Positions 32,508-43,335 are shown, numbered from the stretch's first letter. The stretch: DNA of 64,000 nucleotides from an uncultured Gemmatimonadales bacterium (GCA_963730185.1 CAVSQW010000007.1:384001-448000), one strand, 5' to 3'. Made by a program: numbers and translations. The notes: generated from the sequence alone by a model not told the origin.

Positions 32508-33728
32508 GTGGTCGGTTCGGTGCTGCATGCGGTGGGACATGCCCTCGCCATGGCCGCGATGATGGGTTGGGAGATTCTCTGGGCCCTGGTGCTGGGCTTC
32601 ACCCTGTCGGGGGTCGTGCAGGCCGTCGTCTCGAAGCGCGAGATGCGGCGTCTCCTCCCCGACGCCTCCTCCCGGTCCCTCGCGTTCGCCGCGGGACTCG
32701 GCGCGGCGTCGTCGTCCTGCTCCTACGCCGCGGTGGCGCTGGCCCGATCGCTCTTCCGGAAGGGCGCGGACTTCACGGCCGCCATGGTCTTTCAGTTCGG
32801 CTCGACCAATCTGGTCATCGAGCTCGGGATCCTGCTCGCGGTGCTGATGGGTTGGCAGTTCACCCTGGCCGAGTTCGTGGGCGGGACGCTGATGATCGTC
32901 CTGCTGGCGCTGTTCTTCCGGGCTTTTCTTGCGCCGGGTTTGGTGGAGGCCGCCCGGCGCCAGGCCGAGCGCGGGCTCGCGGGCCGGATGGAAGGGCACG
33001 CGGCCATGGACATGTCGCTCAGCCAGGGGACGGTCTGGACCCGGCTCCGCTCGGCCCAGGGCCGGACCGCCATCAGCCACTACTTCGTGATGGATTGGGC
33101 CTCGGTCTGGCCCGACATCGTCGGCGGCCTGCTGATCAGCGGCGCCCTCGCCGCCTGGGTGCCGAAGAGCTTCTGGCAGGGCTTCTTCCTGACCGGACAT
33201 CCGGTGCTGGCGGAGGTATGGGGGCCGCTGGTCGGTCCGCTGGTCGCCATCGTGTCGTTCGTCTGCTCGGTCGGCAACGTGCCGCTGGCCGCGGTGCTCT
33301 GGAACGGCGGGATCAGCTTCGGCGGGGTGGTGGCCTTCCTCTTCGCCGACCTCATCATCCTCCCGATCCTCAACATCTACCGGAAGTACTACGGTCCGAA
33401 GATCACAGCCTTTCTGCTCGGGACCTTCTACGCCGCCATGGTCCTGGCGTCGCTGGGCGTCGAGCTCCTGTTCCAGGCCCTTCACCTGGTGCCGGCCCAG
33501 CGCCAGGCCCGGGTGGCGGAGGCGACCCTCTCCTGGAACTACACCACCTGGCTCGACCTCGCTTTTCTGGCGCTGGCCGTGGTGTTGGTGACCCGGTTCG
33601 TCCGGACCGGTGGCCCCGCGATGCTCCGCCGGATGAGTCACCCCGCGCCGGCCGGGGACGACGGCGAGCACGACCATGATCACCGGGCCGGCCCGGGGCA
33701 CGAGGGCCATCACCACCCGCGGGCTTGA
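32508..33728 (+). CDS. DUF318/ArsP-like permease with His-rich tail
   Basis: SSSCSYAA, STNLVIELG, FVCSVGNVP; start approximate. Confidence 0.8.
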   Translation: MVGSVLHAVGHALAMAAMMGWEILWALVLGFTLSGVVQAVVSKREMRRLLPDASSRSLAFAAGLGAASSSCSYAAVALARSLFRKGADFTAAMVFQFGSTNLVIELGILLAVLMGWQFTLAEFVGGTLMIVLLALFFRAFLAPGLVEAARRQAERGLAGRMEGHAAMDMSLSQGTVWTRLRSAQGRTAISHYFVMDWASVWPDIVGGLLISGALAAWVPKSFWQGFFLTGHPVLAEVWGPLVGPLVAIVSFVCSVGNVPLAAVLWNGGISFGGVVAFLFADLIILPILNIYRKYYGPKITAFLLGTFYAAMVLASLGVELLFQALHLVPAQRQARVAEATLSWNYTTWLDLAFLALAVVLVTRFVRTGGPAMLRRMSHPAPAGDDGEHDHDHRAGPGHEGHHHPRA

Positions 33729-33759
33729 TTGACTCAAATGTTGAGGGTATGATCGAGCC
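33725..33759 (+). promoter_or_regulatory. Sigma-70 promoter with palindromic operator upstream of padR
   Basis: TTGATT-17 nt-TATGAT-6 nt-ATG; palindrome CTCAA-ATG-TTGAG at 33733-33745. Confidence 0.7.
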
Positions 33760-34104
33760 ATGCCCGATCACGCCCTCGACCTCCTCCAAGGCACTCTCGA
33801 CGTCCTCGTCCTTCGCGCCCTCGCCCGGGCGCCGAAGCACGGCTACGCGGTGGCCCGGTTCATCCGCGACGGCTCGCACGGCACCTTCAAGATTCTCGAC
33901 GGCGCCCTCTACACCTCACTCCACCGGATGGAGGCGCGGGGGTGGGTCGCGTCCGAGTGGGGGCTCTCAGACAAGGGCAAGCGGGCCAAGTTCTACGCCA
34001 TCACCGCCGCCGGCCGGCGGGCGCTGGCGACCGAGACCCGGAGCTGGGACCGGTACGTGGCGGCGGTGGCCGGCGTGATGCAGGCCGACCCGGACGCGAG
34101 CTGA
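33760..34104 (+). CDS. PadR-family transcriptional regulator
   Basis: LLQGTLDVLVL, HGYAV, GALYTSLHRME...W...RAKFY. Confidence 0.92.
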   Translation: MPDHALDLLQGTLDVLVLRALARAPKHGYAVARFIRDGSHGTFKILDGALYTSLHRMEARGWVASEWGLSDKGKRAKFYAITAAGRRALATETRSWDRYVAAVAGVMQADPDAS

Positions 34105-34115
34105 CGGAGGCTCCC

Positions 34116-36825
34116 ATGTCGCGCACCCCGCTCTGGCGGCGCTATCTCCGGTTCTTCCGATCCGACGTGACGTCCGACGTCGGCGACGAGGTTCGGTTCC
34201 ACCTGGAGGAGCGGATCGAGGAGCTGGTGGCGTCGGGCGTCTCGCCGGCCGATGCCCGGCGTCAGGCCGTGGAGGAGTTCGGCGACGTCGACGCGGTCAG
34301 CCGGCGTCTCGAGGCCATCGACCAGCGGATCGAGGGCCGGCGGCGGCGGGCCGAGCGGTGGAGCGTGGTCCTGGTCGAGCTCCGGCAGGCGGTCCGCCGG
34401 CTGGCTCGAGCGCCCGCGTTCGCGGCGTCGGCCGTGCTGGCGCTCGGGTTAGGGATCGGCGCCTCGGTGGCCATCTTCCAGGTGCTCGACGCGGTGGTCC
34501 TCCGGCCGCTTCCCTATCCGGCGCCGGAGGAGCTGGTGGCGCTCGACTCGCCGGTGCCCGGGATCGGACCGGACGCCCGCTGGGGCCTGGCCCGCCACGA
34601 GATGTTCTACTTCAAGGCCCACGCGCCGTCCCTGCAGGACCTGGGGGTGTTCCGGGTCTCGCAGCTGACGGTCGGCGGCGACGGCCAGCGCTTCGTCGCC
34701 GAACGGGCCCGGGCCGTCCTCACCAGCTCCACCCTGTTCGGGGTGCTCGGCATCCACCCGCTCTACGGCCGGCTCCTGCTGCCGGAAGACAACCTGGAGC
34801 GGCAACCCCAGGTCGTGGTGCTCGGCAACCGCTACTGGCGCCGCCGCTTCGGCGCCGACCCCTCGATCGTCGGGAAGACCATCCCGTTGGAGGGCTATCC
34901 CCAACAGGTGGTCGGGGTGCTTCCGCCCGAAGCGGACCTGCCCAACGCCAAGGTCGACCTCTGGTCGCCGGCCTACGTCGATCCCGGCGCCCAGGCCGCG
35001 AGCAACCACACCTGGCAGGCCATCGGGCGGCTCCGGCCGGGCGCCACCGCGGGTGATCTCGAGCGCGAGCTGGCGCCGATCACGGCCCGCTTTCCCGAGA
35101 TCTTCCCGACGGCCTACTCCGACAACTTCATGAAGGGGGCCGGGTTCCGGACCGCCGTCCGACCCCTGCGCGACGTCGTGGTGGGCCCGGTAGTGTCGCG
35201 CGCCCTCTGGATCTTGCTGGGCTCGGTCGGCCTCGTCCTGCTGATCGCGGCCGCGAACGTGGCGAATCTCTTCCTGGTCCGGGTGGAGGGGCGGCGCCGG
35301 GAGCTGGCGGTCCGAGCCGCGCTCGGCGCCACCCGGCGTCAGCTGGCTTTGCACCTGTTGGCCGAGGGGCTCGCGGTCGCGATCGCGGCCGGCGGGGTGG
35401 CGCTGGGGTTGGCGGTGGCTGGTGTCCGGCTCCTGTTGGCCCTCGCGCCCAGCACGCTGCCGAGGCTGGACGAAGTCCACCTCGGAGCCGAGGCGGTCGG
35501 GCTCACCGCTGTCCTCGCGCTCCTCGGCGGCGTACTGATCGCCCTGGTTCCGGTCCTTTCGACCGGGATTCGAACGGACGAGCTGGGCGAGAGCGGCCGC
35601 CGGGTCACGGTCGGCCGGCGCCGGCACGCGGCCCGGGGTGCGATGGTGGTGGGCCAGGTGGCCCTGGCGATGGTGCTCCTCGCGGCGGCCGGGCTGATGA
35701 TGCGGAGCTTCCGGAACCTCCGGAGCGTGAGCCCCGGGTTCGACGCCGATCGGGTGTTGGTCGCCTCGCTCGCTCTCCCTCGGGCCCGTTATGGCGACAC
35801 CGCCTTCACCCGGGCGGAAGGGTTCTACCGTCAGGTGCACGATCGGATGTTGGCCCGTCCCGGCGTGGCCGGCGTGGCGTTCGGCGAGATGGTCCCGCTC
35901 GAGATCGAGGACGGCTGCACCGGGGTGATTCCCGAGCGTGAGCCGGGCAAGGTCCGGTCCGAGACGTGCGTGGTGACCATGCAGGTCTCCCCGGGTTACT
36001 TCCGTACCCTGGGCATCGACGTTCGCGGCCGCTGCCCCCGATTGGGCCGAGGTCGAGGCGCGCCCGGGTGAGGTCGTCGTGAGCCGGAGCCTGGCGGATC
36101 AGATCTGGCCCGGCGAGGATCCGATGGGCAAGGGGCTCCGGTGCTGCCGCTATGGAACCGACTACTACCGGGTGGTCGGCGTGACCGGAGATGTTCGGGG
36201 CGGTGGCCTGGACCGGCCGGCGACCGAAGCCGTCTATTTCCCGATCCTGCCCATGCCGGGAGACATCCTCGACGGGGTACCGGGCTACATGCAGGTCGTG
36301 GTCGGTTTGCGGGGCGGCTCGATGGAGGCGACCGGCGCGGAGCTCCGCCGGGTGGTCGCCGCGGTCGATCCCGAGGTCGCGATCGCCAACCTGCGTCCGA
36401 TGACCGAGGTCGTCGCCCGCTCGGTGGCCAACCGGTCGTTCACCCTGGTGCTCCTCGGCGTCGCGTCGCTCATGGCGCTGGCGATCAGCACCATCGGGCT
36501 CTATGGGGTCATCGCCTATCTGGTGGGTGAGCGGCGGCGGGAGATCGGGATCCGGCTGGCGCTGGGGGCCGGGGCCCGCCGGGTGGGCCGCTCGGTACTG
36601 TGGCAGTCGATCCGGCTGGCCGCCCTGGGCGTCGCCATCGGGGTGGTGGCCTCGCTGGGCGCCATGCGGCTCCTCCAGGCGCTCCTGTTCGAGGTGAGCC
36701 CGACCGATCCGGCGACCTTGGCGGCGGTGGCGGCCTTCCTGGTCGGTCTGGCGGCCCTGGCGGGGTCTCTTCCCGCCCGCCGAGCCATGCGGGTGGACCC
36801 GGTCGAGACTCTCAAGGCGGAATAG
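34116..36825 (+). CDS. ADOP-type duplicated ABC permease (MacB/FtsX domains); +1 frameshift near 36037
   Basis: EVRFHLE, LLIAAANVANL, RELAVRAALGA, REIGIRLALGA, PARRAMRVDP; paired with PadR. Confidence 0.88.
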
Positions 36826-36900
36826 GGCCCGAGGGTTGCGCCGGGTGGTCCGGGGTGGCTATCGTAATCGCCCGTCCACCAGCTGTTCTCGGTGGGGTAA

Positions 36901-36974
<74 letters not shown>

Positions 36975-36984
36975 TCGAGCAGTC

Positions 36985-37012
36985 AGCCCGTTTCGGCGGG
37001 CTTTCTTTTTTG
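36985..37012 (+). terminator. Rho-independent terminator
   Basis: agcccgt-ttcg-gcgggct stem-loop followed by a T run. Confidence 0.85.
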
Positions 37013-37034
37013 GCCTCCCCCACGTCGGGGCAGG

Positions 37035-38699
37035 TCAGCGTGCCCCCCCGCCCGGGCCGAACGGCCCGACCCGGAACGACGGCGCCTGGTACCCCTTGGG
37101 CAGGTAGTCGTTCGGGATCCCGATCTGGTTGCCGTCCCTCAGGGCGCCGTAGTGGGGCGACAGGATCTCCACGCCGGCCTCGTTGAACGTGTCCTGAATG
37201 TGCTGGTGCAACTCCGAGTAGATCCGGGCCATCTGCCCCGGGTTCTCGGTGTAGACGTTCAATTCGTAGCTCACGTAGAAATCGTCGAGACTGGTCTGCA
37301 GGACGAACGGGGGGGGCTCGGTCATCAGCTGGTCCGTCCGCCCCGCCGCGTCGATCAGCAGCTGGTGCACCTGTTTCCAGGGGGCGTCGTACCCGATGGT
37401 GACGCCGGTGTGGAGAATGACGCCGCCGTCCTTGGCGGTCGAGCTGTAGTTGATGATGTGACTGGCGAGCACCATCGCGTTGGGAATGGTGATGTCGACG
37501 TTCTTGATGGTCCGGACCCGGGTCACCAGGAGGGTCCGCTCGATGACGTCGCCGGTGGTGTCGGCGATCTTGACCCGGTCGCCGATCTTGAATGGACTCA
37601 TGTAGGTGATGACCACACCCGCGATGACGTTGCCGATGGCACCGGCCGAGCCGAACGAGAGTAACACGCCGAAGAAGACCGAGACACCCTTGAATGCGTC
37701 GGACCCCGACCCCGGTAGGTACGGGAAGACCACCACCAGCGCGAACGCCAGCACCAACAGCCGGACGATCTTGTAGGTGGGATCGGCCCACTCGTCGCGA
37801 AATCCGCGGAACTGCAGGGTGCCTTTGGAGAGGCCGTCGAAGAACAGGCGGATGAACCTGAGGAGGTAGTACGTCACCGCCACGATGACGGCGATGTAAA
37901 ACACGTTGGGGATGTAGCCGAGCACGGCGGCCCCGACCTGTCTGATCGGAGCCGCGATGTAGGTGAACAGCGTCGAGGCGAACCCGTGAGTCCAGGGGAA
38001 GAAGCTGAAGACCAGGGGCACGTAGTAGAACAGGAGAATGACCAGGATGGCGATTCGGAGCGCCTTGGCTACCCCGACCAGCACGTCCGCCAGCCGCGCG
38101 GCGGACAGCAGCTCGAGCCGCTGGATCCGCAAGGAGGGAATCCGGGTGCCGCGCCAGGAGTTCAGCTTGGCGTTGAGGGTCGGAAAGAAGCGATTCATCA
38201 GCTTGATCGCGATGACCAGCACTGCCGTGGCGAGCAGCGTGAACAGGGCTCCGAGGAGGAGAGCCTTGACGATCCCCCAGACCGATTGACTCCGGATGGC
38301 GCCCTGAATCGCCCGGGCCCTCGCGGCCACCAGATCGCCCCGGGGCACGCCGGCGGCCGCGGCGTCGGCGTCGGTCACCGTCGTGATGGTCTCGTCGCCG
38401 ATCAGGATATCGGAGGAGGCTTCGCCCGGGACGACGAGGACCGAGTCCTTGGACCGAAGCGGGTCCGCCGCGACGCGGGTCATCCGGGTCACGATCGCCT
38501 GGGCCCGGTCGGCGGGCGCGAACGGGCCGAGCGGTGCCTGGATCCAGAACAGGGTATCGCCCTTCAGGATCACCGGCGCCCCCGGCACCGTCTGGCTGGG
38601 CCCGGTGACGGCGCGGGGCGAGGTCGTGTCGGCCTGCGCGAGCGCGGACGAGTGCGCCGCCGGGCTCAGCAGGGCGATGACGAGAAGGACACGGCGCAT
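37035..38699 (-). CDS. MscS-family mechanosensitive channel with periplasmic N-terminus
   Basis: PFKIGDRVKI..TTGDV, IPN...IINYS, IGYD, FNEAGVEILSP. Confidence 0.9.
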   Translation of the reverse strand: MRRVLLVIALLSPAAHSSALAQADTTSPRAVTGPSQTVPGAPVILKGDTLFWIQAPLGPFAPADRAQAIVTRMTRVAADPLRSKDSVLVVPGEASSDILIGDETITTVTDADAAAAGVPRGDLVAARARAIQGAIRSQSVWGIVKALLLGALFTLLATAVLVIAIKLMNRFFPTLNAKLNSWRGTRIPSLRIQRLELLSAARLADVLVGVAKALRIAILVILLFYYVPLVFSFFPWTHGFASTLFTYIAAPIRQVGAAVLGYIPNVFYIAVIVAVTYYLLRFIRLFFDGLSKGTLQFRGFRDEWADPTYKIVRLLVLAFALVVVFPYLPGSGSDAFKGVSVFFGVLLSFGSAGAIGNVIAGVVITYMSPFKIGDRVKIADTTGDVIERTLLVTRVRTIKNVDITIPNAMVLASHIINYSSTAKDGGVILHTGVTIGYDAPWKQVHQLLIDAAGRTDQLMTEPPPFVLQTSLDDFYVSYELNVYTENPGQMARIYSELHQHIQDTFNEAGVEILSPHYGALRDGNQIGIPNDYLPKGYQAPSFRVGPFGPGGGAR

Positions 38700-38723
38700 G
38701 ACGGGTTCCTGGGTGAGGGTCGC

Positions 38724-39692
38724 TCAGGTGCCGGACGATGTCGGAGGGGGCACCGGCGCGGGGCGGGGGCCCGCCGGCCGGGCCGTGGGTTGGTCTTCGG
38801 CGAGTCGGACCGTCACCGGCGGGGCTCCGACCAACTCGAACGTCGCCGACGCCAATTGGATGGCACCCTTGCTCGCCGCGATCTCGTCGAGCAGCGAACA
38901 GAAGATATGGTGCTTGGTGATCCGCCGGCGAGTGTAGTCGACGACGTAGCGAGCCGTGAACTCCATCCAGTTGTCGTTGGCGACCAGGGTCACCAACGGC
39001 TCGACCCGGGCATCCTCGATTCGGTACTTCTGCACGATCTCCGCCCACCGGTCCTTGGCCAGCCGCTGGTAGTCGCCGACTTCGGCTCGGACCACCCGCT
39101 CGATCATGGCCAGCACGGCCTGATGATCGGCCCCATAGCGGACCGGGACGATGATCTCGTCCCACAGGAAGGGGAAGTCGCCGGAGTAGTTGAAGACCGG
39201 CTCCTTGAACACGAAACTGTTGGCGATCTTGACGATCCGACCGTTGTAGAGGTCGCCGTTTACCCATTGCCCGCACTCCATCAACGTCGTCCGCAAAATG
39301 CCGACGTCGATCACGTCTCCCTTGATGCCGCCCAGCTGGATCCGGTCGCCGGGCTTGTAGAAGTCACCCAGCGCGACGGCCGCCCATCCCGCGACGCTGG
39401 CGATCACCTCCTGGAGGGCGAAGGCGATGCCGGCCCCGGCGACGCCCAGGGCAACCGTCAGGCCGCCCAGCTGGGCTCGAAAGACGATGGTGAGAAACAC
39501 CACCGCGGCGAGGTACCCGGCGAACGAAACGAACTTCCGCACCCGGTACCGGGTATCGTTGTCCTTGATGTGACGGGCGAGCGACCGACGGGCGACCCGC
39601 ACCAGGGCGACGATCACGATGAGCCCCAGGAGCACCGTCACGATCCGGGCGACGGTGGGGTCGAACAGCAACTGCCGCAAAGACTCACTCAT
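38724..39692 (-). CDS. MscS-family mechanosensitive channel
   Basis: GAGIAFALQE, YKPGDRIQLGGIKGDVID, VFNYS. Confidence 0.9.
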   Translation of the reverse strand: MSESLRQLLFDPTVARIVTVLLGLIVIVALVRVARRSLARHIKDNDTRYRVRKFVSFAGYLAAVVFLTIVFRAQLGGLTVALGVAGAGIAFALQEVIASVAGWAAVALGDFYKPGDRIQLGGIKGDVIDVGILRTTLMECGQWVNGDLYNGRIVKIANSFVFKEPVFNYSGDFPFLWDEIIVPVRYGADHQAVLAMIERVVRAEVGDYQRLAKDRWAEIVQKYRIEDARVEPLVTLVANDNWMEFTARYVVDYTRRRITKHHIFCSLLDEIAASKGAIQLASATFELVGAPPVTVRLAEDQPTARPAGPRPAPVPPPTSSGT

Positions 39693-39996
39693 GCCGCCTC
39701 GACCGTACAGGTGGAAGCCTCCGACGGTTGGGAGGCAGGCAGCGGCCAGGATCGTCGGGCTCAATCGCAGGATTCGTCGGGCGCAGTTGTCAGAGATGCC
39801 TTGGGCTCATCCCTACCGAAAGGTACCACGCACGGACCGCCCGCGGGGGTCCTGCACGTTCCAGGTGGGGTGCCTCCCTGAAGGCTTTCTTCACCCTGCA
39901 AGCGGTTGGGACAGGTGAGATAGGTCTCGGGCGCGGAATGTTGAAGCGCCGCCGGTCGCGCTCGACACCGGTGCTCCGGGTCCTTATGCTCAAGCC

Positions 39997-40965
39997 ATGC
40001 TACCGATCTGTCTTGCTGCCCATCGCGGCAGTCGTCGTTCCGTCCTCGGCCGCGGGGTGGCCCTCACCCTCGGGCTCCTGATCGCCACCGCGCCCCTTTC
40101 CGGGAGCGCCGCGGCACAGGTGCCATCGAAGAGCTTCGCCAAGGCGCCGCCCCTCCCGGATCTGACCGGCAAGGTGGCCCTGGTCACCGGCTCCACCGAC
40201 GGGCTCGGGCGCGACGTGGCGCGGCGTCTGGCCGCCGCCGGGGCGCACGTCTTGGTCCATGGGCGGAACGTCGCCCGCGGGGACTCACTCGTCGACGAGA
40301 TCACCCGGAGTGGTAAGGGAAGCGCGAAATTCTATCGGGCCGACTTCGCCTCGCTCGCCGAGGTGCGGGGCCTCGCCGCCGCCGTGATCCGGGACAACGC
40401 TCGGCTCGACCTGCTCGTGAACAACGCCGGGGTCGGGTTCGTCTTCGACACCACCCGGAAGTTCAGCGCCGACGGATACGAGATCCACTTCGCGGTGAAC
40501 TACCTCGCCCATTATCTGCTGACGAAGCAGCTCCTGCCACTGATCGTCGCCAGCGCTCCCTCCCGGATCATCAACGTCTCGTCCGGGTCCCAGGAGCCGA
40601 TCGACTTCGACGACGTGATGATGACGAAGGGATTCAACGGGGAGCGCGGCTATGCCCAGAGCAAGCTTGCCCAGGTGATGATGACCATCGACATGGCCCC
40701 CGAGTTGGAGAAAGAGGGCGTCCTCACCTACTCCCTCCATCCCGCGACGACGATGAACACTACCATGGCGCGGGCCCTGGGGGTCAAGCCGCGGTCGACC
40801 ATCGCCGAGGGGGTGGAGTCGGTCGTGAACGCGATCGTCACGACCGAGCCGTCGGGCACCTACTTCAACGAGCTCAAGCCTGCCAAGGCGCAGGCGCAGG
40901 CCTACGATCCGGAGGCCCGGCGGAAGCTGCGGGAGCTGAGCGAGCGGTTGATCCGCGAGCACTGA
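39997..40965 (+). CDS. Short-chain dehydrogenase/reductase with signal-like N-terminus
   Basis: TGSTDGLG, NNAG, YAQSK; start uncertain. Confidence 0.88.
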   Translation: MLPICLAAHRGSRRSVLGRGVALTLGLLIATAPLSGSAAAQVPSKSFAKAPPLPDLTGKVALVTGSTDGLGRDVARRLAAAGAHVLVHGRNVARGDSLVDEITRSGKGSAKFYRADFASLAEVRGLAAAVIRDNARLDLLVNNAGVGFVFDTTRKFSADGYEIHFAVNYLAHYLLTKQLLPLIVASAPSRIINVSSGSQEPIDFDDVMMTKGFNGERGYAQSKLAQVMMTIDMAPELEKEGVLTYSLHPATTMNTTMARALGVKPRSTIAEGVESVVNAIVTTEPSGTYFNELKPAKAQAQAYDPEARRKLRELSERLIREH

Positions 40966-40990
40966 GGCTCGCGAGCCGAGCCGGCCTCGC

Positions 40991-41265
40991 TCAGGGTGCG
41001 AGGGCCGGGCTCAGCGCCCGGCCAAGATCGTCCGCCAGGCGGGCGGCGAAGGCGGCCGTGAGGTGGTTGGTGTCACGGTAGACGACCTGGCCGTCCTCGA
41101 CCGGCGGACATTGCTGGCGTCGAGCGCGGCGTAGAAGCCGGTGGTCGCCAGCCGCTGGTACGCGATCGGCGACTCGATCAGCAGGGTCGCCACCAGGACC
41201 AGGGTCGCCGCCGGAAGTAGGCGCCGGGCTCGCCGGGAGTTGAAGCGGAGGAAGTCGACCCGTCC
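40991..41265 (-). pseudogene. Internally deleted OafA/OatA-type acyltransferase-3 + SGNH gene
   Basis: GRVDFLRFNSRRARRLLPAA...AALDASN joined out of frame to CPPVEDGQVVYRDTNHLTAAFAARLA. Confidence 0.75.
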
Positions 41266-41267
41266 GG

Positions 41268-41303
41268 CCCGGGATCAGGCCATTCCCACTGCCTGATCCC
41301 GGG
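41268..41303. terminator. GC-rich hairpin
   Basis: cccgggatcaggc...gcctgatccc(c)ggg inverted repeat just downstream of the 41311-41532 ORF. Confidence 0.55.
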
Positions 41304-41310
41304 GACCGAG

Positions 41311-41532
41311 CTATGGGGTCACGGACCCCGGGTGGGCCGCTCGCTTCAGCGCTTCGGCCGTATCCCCGGCGTCCCCGTCATGATCGCGGGCCGAAAGGGC
41401 GCGGGCTGCCGAGCTGATCTGCACCTGATCGGCAGGGGGAGTGGATGACGCCTGCGGGGCCGTTCGGCGGGCGGCAGGAGCGGGCGAGGCGGGGCGAACG
41501 GCTGTATGTGGAGGCGTCGGTTGGATCCGCAT
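41311..41532 (-). CDS. Small hypothetical protein with FlgM-like N-terminal motif
   Basis: MRIQ...DQVQISSAARAL; flanked by hairpins. Confidence 0.45.
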   Translation of the reverse strand: MRIQPTPPHTAVRPASPAPAARRTAPQASSTPPADQVQISSAARALSARDHDGDAGDTAEALKRAAHPGSVTP

Positions 41533-41643
41533 TGGATTTCCGGGGTAGAGGCGAGCAAAGATGGCACGACCACAACTGCACCCATGGGTATCGGCGCGAG
41601 GCGCCTTCGGCTTGAGGCGCCATGGGGGTGCCTGCCGCTCGGG

Positions 41644-42411
41644 TCAGAAGAGCCAGCCGAGCCTCATCTTCCAGACCTGCTGGTCGCCGGCCTTCGTGCC
41701 GGCGAGGCCAAGCCCGAAATTCCAGACCAGGTTGGGACGGATCTGATAGTCGCCGCCGAGGAAGAACAGGTGAGTCTGGTCGGCGGCGGGGAGCACGTTG
41801 CTGGCCGGGCCGAGGCCGCCGTAGTACTCGACGCTCAGGTCGAGCTGGTTCGAGGTCGACACGGCCACCCGCGCACCCGGTTCGAGATCCCAGCCTTCGG
41901 AGGTCCCCGGCCCGTGGAGCGCCCTCCCCACGGTGGGGTTGAGGTCGACCTGGAGGCGACCGAACCGCTTCTCGATGATCGGACGGAGCTCGAGGGTGAC
42001 CGAGTTCTCCTCGTACTGCTTCTTCGGAAAGCCCGCCTCGACGGACAGGCTCAGCCCAACCGGCAGGTGCCAGCGCTCCGGCGCGCGGATCCGGGGCCGG
42101 ATCCGGTAGCCGACGAACTCCGGACCGGCGCCGGGCCGGTCGGCGAGCACCAGGTACGCGCCGAACTCGAACTCGGGGGTGATCCCTCGGGTGAGCTCGA
42201 AGGTGAGGTGGGTCTGGTGATTGGTGGCCGCGACCGTGCCCTCGGCTTCGTGAGTGCCGCGGGCGATGTAGTTGAGGTGCGTTTCCAGGTTCCACATCCC
42301 CCGGGGGACGGTCTCGTACTCGTAGACCTGGATCTCGAAGGGGTCCTGGGCGTGGGCCACGCCGGTGAGAGCGACGACCGCCGCCAGGAGCGGACCGAGA
42401 CGAGGGATCAT
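41644..42411 (-). CDS. Putative outer-membrane beta-barrel protein
   Basis: Signal peptide AHA-Q, alternating beta pattern, C-terminal RLGWLF. Confidence 0.7.
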   Translation of the reverse strand: MIPRLGPLLAAVVALTGVAHAQDPFEIQVYEYETVPRGMWNLETHLNYIARGTHEAEGTVAATNHQTHLTFELTRGITPEFEFGAYLVLADRPGAGPEFVGYRIRPRIRAPERWHLPVGLSLSVEAGFPKKQYEENSVTLELRPIIEKRFGRLQVDLNPTVGRALHGPGTSEGWDLEPGARVAVSTSNQLDLSVEYYGGLGPASNVLPAADQTHLFFLGGDYQIRPNLVWNFGLGLAGTKAGDQQVWKMRLGWLF

Positions 42412-42548
42412 GGGCAAGAGTCTAGGGGTCGGAGCAAGGAAGGGCGATCGCAAAACGACCCGCCGGCGAGCGCCGGCGGATCATGATCGGCAAGTTGTTC
42501 GGGCGGCCCTGAGCCAGGCTCACGGCCACCCGAGTCGATCGTTCGAGG

Positions 42549-43154
42549 TCAACGAATCCCGCCCCGGATCCGACCGCCGATCGGCGGAGCCAGCCGATTG
42601 ACGGCCATCGGGCCGTGGTGGATGCCAGGCCGAGTCAGGTCGCAATCGTCGTCGGGGCCGCCCCGGCCGCCCCGGATGATCACGGTCGGCCCGCCGCGGG
42701 CCATGCCCCAGGGTTGGTGGCCGGCCATGGCGCCAACGTCGTCGCCGTCGCCGGGACGCCAGGTCGGCATCGCCGGCGCCCGCACGATGTCGGTGGCTTC
42801 GACCGCTTCGGCGGGCGCCGCCGCAGGGATCGCGGTCGGGGCCAGGAGCTCGCCGGTCGTGACCGCCGCGGTGGCCGGGCGGGTCTTGATCGCCGTCTCC
42901 AGTGAGGGGGCTGGCCGGGCGGCTTCGATCCGCTGGTCGGGGAGCCGGACCCGCGGGTACTTTGCGATGCGACCGGCCTCGAGATCGGAAACGCTCGACG
43001 GCTGGGTGACGGCCGGCTCGACCAGGCGGATGTCGCGGCCGGCGGCGTTCGGGTCGAGGTCGGGATCGTTGGCGCTGTGGGATGGGGCACTGGAACACGC
43101 CGACAGCCAGGCGGCTGTGACGACGGCGGTGGCGACGAAGAACGATGCGCGCAC
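42549..43154 (-). CDS. Hypothetical Pro/Ala-rich lipoprotein
   Basis: GGAGG RBS, GTG start, lipobox LSAC, C-terminal IIRGG..DDDC motif. Confidence 0.55.
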   Translation of the reverse strand: MRASFFVATAVVTAAWLSACSSAPSHSANDPDLDPNAAGRDIRLVEPAVTQPSSVSDLEAGRIAKYPRVRLPDQRIEAARPAPSLETAIKTRPATAAVTTGELLAPTAIPAAAPAEAVEATDIVRAPAMPTWRPGDGDDVGAMAGHQPWGMARGGPTVIIRGGRGGPDDDCDLTRPGIHHGPMAVNRLAPPIGGRIRGGIR

Positions 43155-43335
43155 GGAGGGCCTCCTGCGGAACCTATGCCTGACCAATCTACACCGGGCA
43201 AGAATAAAGAACAGCGCAGCATTTGTCACGCCACGGCGGTTCGCCTCGCAAGTCGTTGGTAGCAAACGAAGTTGTCCGGTCGCCCCAGCCGATCGGGTGT
43301 CCTCACGGGAGTACAACCGTCATCCGGGGTGGACA

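Noticed and set aside
39700..39990. Riboswitch or ncRNA between mscS and the SDR gene
   Set aside because: Only short hairpins and no family consensus recognised; an Infernal/Rfam search would settle it
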